Shown in pieces: positions 29,901 to 38,701 of a DNA stretch of 64,000 nucleotides; position 1 is the stretch's first letter; each line of letters opens with the position of its first letter. The stretch covers positions 9,369,979 to 9,433,978 of the forward strand of contig CAJINV010000003.1 of the NCBI GenBank assembly GCA_905178155.1, read 5' to 3'. The notes under the pieces were generated by a model. It worked only from the letters and a program-made list of their open reading frames with translations. It ran no database searches and was not told where the DNA came from. Position numbers and translations under genes: made by a program. This DNA comes from Amoebophrya sp. A120. Lineage: Eukaryota > Protista > Dinoflagellata.

Positions 29901-32900
29901 CGATCTGCGGCACATAACACCACGGATGCGGTATGGCCGCGACTGGCAGATTCGAGTTTTTGTAGACCGATCGAACGCTAATCCGCCGTTGGATCCGTTG
30001 CATCTCGATCCCCTGGACTGCGCAACGCTGGTCGCGGATCGAGCGACCGCCGGAAAGTATCCACACCGGGCCACCGACACGGCCCGGGCGAAGGGCTGCC
30101 GGGCACTAGAAATGCCAACTTCGTTTACCTTCGACACTGATTTGGAAACGTATTCATGTGCCTTGCTTTGTTCAATCATTTTTCGCTTTTGTAGTCTGAA
30201 AGTGCCAGACGCAGACCTGACATGGTAAATCGAAGGGCTCGAAACAAGAAAGCCGCTTACGTGGCACGCAGCGAGACCCCAGCAATGCTCTGTTGTGTGG
30301 GAAAATTGTTTTCTTCTTTGTTTGTATCGCTGGGAACCCTTTCGAACCCGCCCTCCCACTGCCAAAACAGGCGACGTTGTGTCGTTCGAGATGCCTGGCG
30401 CTCAATGCATTGCACTGCAGACAATTAAGCTGCAGGGTTTCTAGGTGGAGCGAGGGCAGTGCTTCAAGCTCGCCTGAAGATAACAAGCTGTCCAAGAAGA
30501 TTGCGCCACGTTGCCTGTATGTGTGTACACCAGAGCACGAGGCTTTTCCTCGCGCTTTTTCACTAACTTCATCTTGCTCTGACTCTTTCTTACGCCCCCT
30601 TTCCTCTCCTGGGCCCTACTGGGATGGTTTTCCGATGGGTTTTTTTCCTTCACACTCTGCCCGCTGAAACCGATCATTTATTAGGTTTTACTTTTTTGCC
30701 CTCTGCCGGCTCTGCTCCCGGAGCATCGAAGCAAAGGGAGAAAAGTTGGTTTTTGCGTGGTGCCTGTTTATTGAGTAAGCAATCAGTTTATCTTTATTCT
30801 TCGACTGTCATCGTCGTGCTTTAGCTTTTGGCCTCTCCGCACATCCCTCGTAGGTTTCTTGGTGGTTCCCACCTCGGGGCTCAGGGTCAGATCGGTCCCA
30901 GCAGCATCGGTGGATGCGTTGGATCTGAGGGCAGTACGCTCCCGAAGGATGAAGGCAGTAAGGCATGTCCCTTTGCGTTTCTTTGACTTTTACTTTCGTC
31001 TTTATTTTGCTCGGCTTGTTGCTTTTTCCTCGGGCTCACCTGGAACCAATCAACTACGTGTAACATCGATGTCCTAGTCTGTATTTCTCACTTTGGCCCT
31101 ATGCCGTGTTGCATCTGCAGTTGCTTCCATCTGCCGCGTATTTTCCCTCTATCACGTCATCTGGTGCGGTGCGGCCGCCGCGCATAAGGTTTAGAGAGTT
31201 CATATATTTCTAGGGTTGCGGTTTCTATTTTGATTTTACCAAAGCGCATGGCAGGCTGTCCCGCCACATAGGAAGCTGTCGAGTGCAGGCTCTTCAGGAA
31301 TGCAGAAAGCAAGGCAGGCGCATCCACCTGGCCTAGAAGTGGGCGCGCGTATCTTTTTTCTTTTTTCCTTACTCGCGCGTAGCCAAAACGGGCTTCGTGC
31401 GGATATGAGGGATGCGGCTGGCAAGCAGCACCCCAGTGCAGACAATTAAGCGAGAGGAAAGCACACAGCACACAGACAGTTCCTGGCTCGCCTGATAGTT
31501 TTTCTTTAAAAATGATACCTCCAAACTATCGAAGAGGCTTGATGTCAACTTGTTTTTCTCTTACTCTCTCTGCAGAGTAATGGAATGCGGTTGCAAATAT
31601 CCTTGTCTGATTTGCGGGCTTTTCCTCGTAGGTATGCCGACCCCGTGGTGTTGAAGAACACGGCCTTCACACTAAACTTGTACGCGGAGTACGATATCAC
31701 ACAGAAGAAAACTGGCAGGGCATATTTGTAATGCAAAAATAAATACAGAAAAAATCTGTATTGCATATCCGAAACAGCATGTTATGGGGCCACCCATGGC
31801 AAGTTTTTGCGTGTATTTGTTTTTGCATTACAAACATGCCCTGCCAGCTTTTTTCTCTGGGATATACGAGATCGACTTCAAAGTCGAAGTGCAGATCCTG
31901 AACGGGCTGTTTGTCTATCAAATGTAAAAATGTCTGGGTCTGGAAGAGTGCGCGATTTGTCATGCAGCTTGTCCATGACCCATGACGTCTGGAATGCAGA
32001 ACCTAGCATGACAGATTCTGTGCGATCTCTCTCATGCCTATCCTGCATGAGAAACTCCCTCCCGACTTGGTCAAAACTGGGCGACTTTTGGTAATCATGC
32101 AACACAGATTTTTGCATGCTTCAGATTTGGCATGACAAGTTGCATTCTTCCAGACCCAGACATTTTTACATTTGATATTGTCGCCGATCGGCTTATGTTT
32201 GAACGCAGTTGCCTGCTGGAGATTGTCCGTCCGCAACGCTCGAAGGTGGGCACCGACCTTGCTTTCGTCGCGACGATTTCGCAAGATCTGCGCGTGGAAC
32301 TCCCCTACAACATGCCCTTGTCCACCGTCAAAGTAGAAGACGAGGACGACACACCGAAGACCATCCAGTGGGCCTTCCTCAATTGGTCACCGGTACTGCA
32401 AAATCATTTTCACTGCAAGTAAATGTAAATGAGCAGAAGACTCTCTGAGCAGAGCAGAGCCTCTAAGTGACATTTTTTGCAAAGGAGCGAAAAGCTGTGC
32501 GCGATCGGATTTTTAACAAGGGTCAAGAAAAACAATGACGCCAACTTCTGAGAGCGTTGCAGTCCTCCGACGATGCTCTGTCTCCCTGGAGCCCTCGCAA
32601 TAAGTAGTTTGGTCTTGGACCAATAAGGTAAGAATATGGTTAAGAATCTTTCGCCTCGTTGGGCCCACCAGGCCAACGTGCGTTCGAAGCAAAAGCTGGC
32701 ACGAAAACCCTGGGCCAAATCATGGGCCCAGTTACGCTGCTCCTACTTGATGCTAATGCATTCAGATCAGGAGTTTTGCAAAGGTTTCGCGAAAGCTTCG
32801 CACAAGTGCGCCTACTTATGCCAAATTACTACATAGCCGCAGACGCGTGTCCACCGGGCCGAAAGGGGTGAGCGCTTTTCGTTGCGGCTTCGCGGAGCCT

Positions 32901-35900
32901 TTGCAAGAACTCCTGCAAAAGTAGTCTCCGCCTAGCCCACTGACTGCTTGAACCTTGCGGAAGCAGAAAAAAGAGGGCGGCAAAACTGCAGCGGCTTTTT
33001 TCCTCGCGGTTCCCCGGCTCCGACGGATGGACAAATGACAGAATAAAAAACAAAAAGCAAAACGAGGGGAGCGGGTTGATGGGGTTTCGACAAGGAGCCC
33101 AGCTGTGTTCCTCCTGTGCTGGATGTGGGCTTTCATTAATATTCGCGATAGGCCAGCCCAGCGGCTTTTTTACCGCCCCCCATGCGAAGAGGTCTCCTAC
33201 TGGAATGCTAAGCGTCCGCAAGTGTTTCGAGACACAACTTTTGTGCAATTTCTCAGCGACTTTCGCTTCCGTGTGTGTAGGTGGAAGTTGCCTGCGTCAA
33301 TTCAGTCGAGAATTGGCGCTCGAAGAAAAGGCGCGGGGGCTCTGGCAAAAGCAGCGCGTTTTTGAGCCTGCTGCCCCGGCGGGGCCTTGCCGTATTGGAT
33401 GGCCTGCGACCTTTCAGCGCGAAGCGCTCGCGACTTCTGGCCACAACTTGTGTCGTCAGCCGTGCCCCCGCGAGGGTGGGGGAGCAATATAACCCTCGGC
33501 GGTCGTGTGGCACGCACCGCAGCGCACTATTCAGGCGCACTAGTAGCTTTGGCCCGGCAGCCGCAGCTATGCGGGCTGTGCGATCGCAGGACGCACGAGC
33601 GGCATCCACAACTGCTACTTTTTCAAATTTGGCATATCATGTTTGCGCGGATGCCGGATGGTGCGTGGTGTCTCGTGTCTATGGGTCTAAACAGAGAGGC
33701 CCTGACGATCTCCGCATGCCAGATTAGTAGGCGCTCCCCGGCGCGTGCCTCAGCGCATCGCCGCAGATGAAGTTCGTCATCTTCGGCTCCGCACAATCTC
33801 AAAAAAACGCACGACAGGCCAAGCGCACGAGCGTGCCCTACCGCGCAAATGCCGACGCGACTGCTTTGGAAATGAGCATTCCGCTGCACGTCGGGATGCG
33901 CGCGTTGTCGACTGACAACGAATTTGTCTTCATGATCAAGAATACGTATTTTGGCGGACGAAAGACCGTAGTGATCGGGCACCTACCCTACTGGTCCAAC
34001 TGTCGTGGCTTCGGGCGCGCAGCTCCTCTCTGGGCTATTTTCGAGCAGGGGCGTACCTGTGAGTGGGAGGAGGCGCCGACGGTGATTGGGTCAACAGACA
34101 TAGGGGCGCAGGCCTTCGGTGATAAGTGTTCCCTGTACCAGCTCGAATGCATCATGGACGAGATCCCCAACAACAAACTTTCCGACCCTCGATGGTTCGA
34201 GGCGTCGACAGGCACAGTACTGTTTGAGCTTCTAAAGACCCCCATCGGGAACGGGAAATTCAACGAGCTCAATATCCTGTGTAAAGACGTCCACGCCCAT
34301 CACCCAGAGTTATGATGTGCCTATGTATTTAAAAAAAAAAAAAAAGTTATGATGCAATTTGTGATGCGCAAGCATCCCTATGACAGGCATTATCAGTCGA
34401 TTTTTGGAAATTGCGACGCTGTAAACTGGATATGGATAAGCAGATGGATTTGCAATGCGGAGGTCCTTGCTAACCTGCACTAATACCATACGGCCTGCAA
34501 GAACTTGTCATGCGTGACTTGCAGCTACTCAGTCTGTTTGTGTCATGCGTGACTTGCAAAACGTCTGGTCTGGATTTGTGTTGCAAAGTCCCCATAACGG
34601 TGACTCCGGAGTGAGGACGTTTTTACACAGGATACTCAAGGAACGCGTCCTTCCCTTTACGGCCGACGAAGTGGTGCCCGTCACCGTGCAGCAGGGCGGC
34701 AGTATGGCGGGAGAGCTTCCCGGCCAAGTCCTGCTGGTGGTGCAGTATTGGCAAAGGAGTGAAACGGAGAAACAGCTTGTGAAGGGCGACGTATACTACA
34801 CGGATTTCGCCATTCCCTCGCAACGGCAGCAGCGGGGCCAAGACCACGTCGACTACAAGCTCGATATCCTGTACCTGCCCATGAGTCACCGGGACGTACT
34901 GATCAATTTCGTGTTCTCGCGGCTTTTTTACACGATCACCTACCAGATCATCGGGCTCACGGCTGTTTTCATGGTTTTCGTGAATTGGTGCTACCATCAG
35001 TTTTGGAGTGAGAGCCGGGTTATCCAAGAAAAAAACTGTGTTAGTGTAACTTTCTTTGGCTGACAGCATCACAAATTTGCTCTACACGACAGAGAAAACC
35101 TGTCATGCGTGGCTTGTAAGGGAAAATACACATGAAAAAGGGACTTCATGGCTGTGTGGCATGACAGGCGTAACTCTGTTGCATGTTCTGCATTACAGAG
35201 TTACACTTACACAGTGTTTTTCTTGCATACGGGTGTCTCCGCGGTTACTGGACAAGCGGTACTTTTTCAGCGTCTTCCCGCCGGCATATCGCGGGTTCGC
35301 GCTTTCCATGCTGCCCTGTCTGCCGCCACTGCTTCTCCTGGTTTGGGTTGTGAGGGGGCGCATGATTACCTACGACGAGGGTAGCACGGTTCCCTGGCGT
35401 AGCTGCCCTGAGGGGGTCGTGCCCGACGAGTGTTCTGTCGGGATCCTGGACGAGGGCACGCCCTTCAACGCCGGCGATTCGACCTGGGACCCGGAAACAG
35501 CGCTTACGCAGAAGACCTTCGGCGAACGACGAACCGGGCGCACGGGCGTGACGCTGATAGCAATGGGCGCATACCTAGTCATCATCTCCCTGCGGTGCTT
35601 TGTGCCCACCACGATTTCCAAGTTTTACGCGGACGAGTCGCCGCAGACGATCGCGGCTACGCAGCTGCTTACCAAGGCGGTGGCGGGAATGATGGGCACG
35701 AAGGGCGCCAATGTGCGAAAGTTGCAACGCGAGGCGAGCGTGGACGACCAGAGAAAGAACAAGATGGCGAAAAACGTGTACAACGAAGAGAGCGACGGGG
35801 AGGACGATGAGAGGAACCTGCCCATCTTCATCCCGTACATCTGGAAGCGATCGTGCACGGCGCTGATGATGTTCGGCAATGGACTCCTGATGACTATGAT

Positions 35901-38701
35901 TATCGAGTTCTCGTTCTCGGAGTTCTTTATGAAGAATGTTTGGCTGATGCAGGTCGCGATCTACATTGTAAAGCTGATCGAGCAGACCGTGTTCTCGCAG
36001 TTCATTCAGGAGGCTATTCTCCTGGTGCCGATCAATGCCGTGATTATGGTCGTGTCGAACCTGACTACGCTGGCGGCGGAGGACCTGCTGGAGTTCATGA
36101 TGGCATTCTTCGTGAGTATCGCACTGCAGGCGATTGACCGGCTTTACGTGTCCTCCAATCAGGACTTTTTCTACGAACAGGCCGTCCGCGGATGGAACCG
36201 AGTGAAGGAGAGCTACCGGTGGCTTACCTCGGGGGCGCGGTTCGTCGACGTGAACAAAGTTCTGGACCAGCTGGACGTCGCCCTCAGTTCGGATGACGAA
36301 GGCGAGACTGCAGCCAATCGGGATCCGAACAAAAAGGAATTCGTTTCCAAAAACGAGGAAGCGGCGCAACCCGAGGACATGATCGCGTTCATGTGCGGAT
36401 ATTCCACGGATCTGGTGTCCACCTTTCTCCTTCCGGTGTACATCCTGATCACGTGGTATGTCTACGACGAGAGCCAGATCTTAGTACGGTACAACATTCG
36501 AGTGGATGCGACCTGGGAGTACATCAATTTCTATGCGGTGGTGGTGTTCTTCAACCACGCAGTGGACATCTTCTGCATGAATACGCTCGAGCTCTTCCAC
36601 GGGTGGCGATTGTGCGACTACTTTGAATTCTGCGCCTACCGCTTCAGCAGTCGCCCGGTCCGCTGGAAGGGGTTAGGGGAGACCATCGACGAAACGGTGG
36701 CGCCCAGTCTGCGGAGCGTGGATTTGGCTTGTTTCAGCGAACAGTACTACTTCATGAACTTCACGTGCTGTCTGGGCATGCTGGTGTACATTCTCGGGTT
36801 CCAGATCATCCTGCAGAACGACTGGAACGCGTTCTCGGATCCGAACTCATCGCTCACCTTCATTCTCACCCTCGCCTTCTGCAAGGTCTTCCACAAAGTG
36901 ACCTCCACGATTGCGGACTACCTGGAGATTTGGTACGTGCCGCACACTGACATGGAGGTTTCCCTTCTGCGAGGCTACATCGACATCCGCGGTCTGGACG
37001 AAGAACTCCGGGACATTATGCTCTGTGAAACCGTCCCCGCCCCATAGTTGTCATGCAAATCTGCATACTTAGTAAAATATTTTCGAATTTGTGATGCTCC
37101 AATCAGCATAATAGGCAAGATCTGTGATGCTTCTGAACTAGCTAAACAGGACTACATTACGATGCCAAACCTTTCACGCGCAACAACCAAAGCTGGGCGA
37201 TTTGTCTAGCAGATTGGCAATCTTGACTGCAGCGCCCCGACTAGAATAGTTGAACGGTGAAGAAGGGGGCAGGGGAAAAAAAATTTGCGATCTTGTTGCC
37301 GGGGCGGGGACGTTTTTACTCAGGATAGGCACAGAGGCAGACTTTGTGCAGAACCGGCGGGAAATCAAGCCGCCGGCATGGTCCGTGCTGCACGATTGGA
37401 AGCCTCCCCACGCCAGCGACGTGCTCGGACTAGACCGGTACCGGACTGCCTTCATCCAGGAGAACCAGCTCTGGCTGCAGCACGTGTTCGCAGATCTTCT
37501 AGACGAGGAAACGAACCTGCAGTACCGGCGTACATTATTGAAATCCTTCACGAAGATTTTAGGCGAGATCGAGCCGCAGTACTACTCGCCCTATGGCGTG
37601 CCTCCGAAAATGGTAAACGGGCAGATCGTGGTACCCACCGGCGCAGCCGCGACCAGTGGCACGAGCGGGTTCGACTTCGACACAGCGCCGCCTCAGGAGC
37701 TGGTTGCCCACCAGGTTTCGCGGCGCATGTTCAACATGACCGAGACGCTCGCGCAGGAGATTTTGCGCATGTGGCTGGCGCGGGCACGGTTCCTCACATG
37801 GCTGGAGGATGTGTCGTCGCACTTGACCCCGCACTCGTACCACAAGAAAGAGATTTGCGAGTTGTGCAAGAGTAACTACGACCTTTCCGTGGTGCCCGTC
37901 TACAACATGGATCACCTTGGGAGTCTGTACCGGTTGCAGCGCGACTACTCCCCGATCTTCAATACCCGGATGTGGAACCACTTCTACAAAACCTTCACGC
38001 CCACATGCACGGTGTGCCAGAAGTGTGCGCAGTACTACAGGAGTCGCAACTTGGACATCCCGGTTGACGAGCGTCGTTTCATGCGAATGGTGCCGTCCTC
38101 CGACATGAGCAGTCACGCCATGCTGCAGCGCTCCAAAACGGAGCTCACGGTGGTCGACGGGCTCACGAGGACGCTGATCGAGTTATGGTATGAGTGGGCC
38201 TGTCGTTTGACCAAAGGAGAGCCGCCCGAGAGCTTCTTGCCAAAGTGGGGATTCGAGGCACCGACACGACCAAATTTCTTGGATGCCATCGCGGGTGCCG
38301 ACACAAGGGCGCTACTGGCGGACTCTGACGAGGAGGAGAACGAGGAGCTGAATCGCGAGGAGCGAGAAAAACAGCGCGAGCTCGCCCGAAAGCAAAAGCT
38401 GCGCGAAGAATGGTCGAGCAGTGATGAGGAGGACGAAACGAAGAAGTTGCCCGGGGAAGTCAAATTTCCTGTGGTGGACGTGTCTGCGCAGGTCGCGGCC
38501 ATGGTACGCCTGTGGCATGACCTTGCGGTGCGGAATCTGCGTCACCCTGTGCTGAGCGACTGGATCGACCACGTAAACGAAAGTATTCCAGTGGACGTCG
38601 CGCGCCCGGCTGGGTTTCGCCAGCGGTCACAATACGTTGCGGTTTCAACGATTCTCGATCGCATGCAGAATCAGCAGGCGGCGGACCAGACAGGCAGGTA
38701 G
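3..38701 (+). CDS. Giant multi-exon gene, 5' end outside the window: IPT/TIG-repeat + GCC2/GCC3-like cysteine-repeat + multi-pass membrane protein, at least 10,961 aa. Exons: 3-2987, 3162-4323, 4608-4736, 5026-14411, 14679-28300, 28612-28649, 28943-30149, 31632-31694, 31870-31915, 32183-32392, 33767-34272, 34640-35020, 35235-37016, 37333-38701
   Basis: The frame is open from base 3, so ATG39 is probably internal. Removing 11 TIR elements (each plus one 5-bp repeat) and two GT-AG introns joins the + ORFs without stops. Exon sum is 32,886 nt = 10,962 codons, ending at TAG 38699-38701. Motifs: IPT-like (P..GP..GGT.V.V.G.NF...C.FG), CP.G.YC repeats and hydrophobic helices near the C-terminus. Confidence 0.85.
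2988..3156. mobile_element. Introner-like intron, family B (169 bp)
   Basis: Left end TATCCCAAACAAAAAGACAGG; right end reverse complement TATCCCGCAGAAAAAGACAGG. Direct repeat GATCG at 2983-2987 and 3157-3161. Removing 174 nt gives PQGS|GTAEE in frame. Confidence 0.9.
3162..4323 (+). CDS. Giant gene exon 2
   Basis: Core of ORF 3126-4331, bounded by two TIR elements. Confidence 0.8.
4324..4602. mobile_element. Introner-like intron, family C (279 bp)
   Basis: 32-bp TIR TATCCTGAGTAAAAACGTACCCAC(C/A)CCAGAGT with 1 mismatch. Direct repeat CACCT at 4319-4323 and 4603-4607. Removing 284 nt gives SAAT|SLAILAQH. Confidence 0.93.
4608..4736 (+). CDS. Giant gene exon 3 (129 nt)
   Basis: SLAILAQHRITVLGILHLDQVVPAVLATVPAVEISVKITKQSS, in frame at both junctions. 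Confidence 0.8.
4737..5020. mobile_element. Introner-like intron, degenerate family A (284 bp)
   Basis: Left TATCAAATGCGAATAATGTCTGGGCCGGGAA and right TTCCAGACCAAGACATGTTTGCAATGCATA are decayed versions of the family A TIR. Direct repeat CAGCG at 4732-4736 and 5021-5025. Removing 289 nt gives KQSS|ELSEAW. Confidence 0.88.
5026..14411 (+). CDS. Giant gene exon 4 (9.4 kb; IPT/TIG-like repeats, short WD40-like stretch at ~7362-7580)
   Basis: Core of ORF 4968-14423. Contains PGAAPVTGGTRLVVKGRNF..TYCVF and GHADDITAIALGPGYCLTGSKDTTTKLW. Confidence 0.9.
14412..14673. mobile_element. Introner-like intron, family A (262 bp)
   Basis: Perfect 30-bp TIR TATCAAATGTAAAAATGTCTGGGTCTGGAA. Direct repeat TGGCG at 14407-14411 and 14674-14678. 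Removing 267 nt gives LYAGVA|TPKAVL. Confidence 0.95.
14679..28300 (+). CDS. Giant gene exon 5 (13.6 kb; IPT/TIG repeats, kringle/FN2-like insert, cysteine-rich repeats)
   Basis: Core of ORF 14613-28346. Clear IPT repeats at ~20950-25140 (e.g. PPFGTTEGGTIVQLEGSHF..LTCKFG). CP.G..C repeats at ~25149-27825. Confidence 0.9.
28301..28606. mobile_element. Introner-like intron (306 bp, diverged TIR)
   Basis: Left TAGCAAAGTGAAAAAAACCCCACCCCATAT; right reverse complement TATCGTAAGGAAAAAACCCCCTCCCCATAT. Direct repeat CCGAG (28296-28300) / CCGAA (28607-28611). Confidence 0.85.
28612..28649 (+). CDS. Giant gene 38-nt micro-exon
   Basis: Lies between two TIR elements and reads LP(S/N)KMLSSFSNKCIA|YHQQ. 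It links the frame of ORF 14613 to that of ORF 28852. Confidence 0.75.
28650..28937. mobile_element. Introner-like intron (288 bp)
   Basis: Left TACTGCAGTGAAAAATGCCCCCA; right reverse complement TATTGCAATGAAAAATGCCCCCA. Direct repeat CGCGT at 28645-28649 and 28938-28942. Confidence 0.9.
28943..30149 (+). CDS. Giant gene exon 7
   Basis: Core of ORF 28852-30228. Coding-like composition ends at about 30150. Confidence 0.8.
30150..31631 (+). other. Probable canonical GT-AG intron (1482 nt)
   Basis: GTATTC at the start and TTTTTCCTCGTAG at the end. Splicing gives DLET|YADPVVLKN in frame. Confidence 0.7.
31632..31694 (+). CDS. Giant gene 63-nt exon
   Basis: YADPVVLKNTAFTLNLYAEYE, between an AG acceptor and a TIR element. 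Not in the ORF track. Confidence 0.75.
31695..31864. mobile_element. Introner-like intron, family B (170 bp)
   Basis: About 55-bp imperfect TIR (TATCACACAGAAGAAAACTGGCAGGGCATATTTGTAATGCAAAAA...). Direct repeat TACGA at 31690-31694 and 31865-31869. Similar in ends and length to the 2988-3156 element. Confidence 0.92.
31870..31915 (+). CDS. Giant gene 46-nt micro-exon
   Basis: EIDFKVEVQILNGLFV, in frame between two TIR elements. Confidence 0.78.
31916..32177. mobile_element. Introner-like intron, family A (262 bp)
   Basis: Same 30-bp TIR and same length as 14412-14673. Direct repeat TTGTC at 31911-31915 and 32178-32182. Joins GLFV|ADRLMF. Confidence 0.95.
32183..32392 (+). CDS. Giant gene exon 10
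   Basis: Core of ORF 32132-32422 (ADRLMFERS...ELPYNMP...WAFLNWSP). Confidence 0.75.
32393..33766 (+). other. Probable canonical GT-AG intron (1374 nt)
   Basis: GTACTG...CCGCAG, phase 0, joining LNWSP|MKFVIF. Exact sites are unverified. Confidence 0.6.
33767..34272 (+). CDS. Giant gene exon 11
   Basis: ORF 33767-34315 (HLPYWSNCRGFG...WFEA), truncated by a TIR element. Confidence 0.78.
34273..34634. mobile_element. Introner-like intron, family C (362 bp)
   Basis: TIR TATCCTGTGTAAA(G/A)ACGTCC. Direct repeat CTCAA at 34268-34272 and 34635-34639. Interior aligns by eye with 4324-4602. Joins FNEL|KERVL. Confidence 0.92.
34640..35020 (+). CDS. Giant gene exon 12 (first predicted TM helix)
   Basis: Core of ORF 34545-35063, including FYTITYQIIGLTAVFMVFVNWCY. 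Confidence 0.8.
35021..35229. mobile_element. Introner-like intron, family D (209 bp)
   Basis: 31-bp TIR TATCCAAGAAAAAAACTGTGTTAGTGTAACT with 3 mismatches. Direct repeat CGGGT at 35016-35020 and 35230-35234. Joins SESR|VSPRLL. Confidence 0.92.
35235..37016 (+). CDS. Giant gene exon 13 (multi-pass transmembrane region)
   Basis: Core of ORF 35056-37047 with many hydrophobic segments. Confidence 0.85.
37017..37327. mobile_element. Introner-like intron with family C-type ends (311 bp, diverged)
   Basis: Right reverse complement TATCCTGAGTAAAAACGTCCCCGCCCC; left TATGCTCTGTGAAACCGTCCCCGCCCC. Flanks GACAT / GGCAC match 3 of 5. Removing 316 nt restores the frame. Confidence 0.85.
37333..38701 (+). 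CDS. Giant gene last exon (predicted cytoplasmic tail with CxxC pairs and an acidic/charged stretch)
   Basis: Core of ORF 37250-38701, containing CELC...CTVCQKC. AT-richer non-coding sequence follows the stop. Confidence 0.82.

Noticed and set aside
39-38701. Reading the long + ORFs as an operon of separate genes, or as a transposon-disrupted pseudogene
   Set aside because: ORF starts and stops mostly fall inside TIR elements, excision restores one continuous frame, and the exons show no decay.
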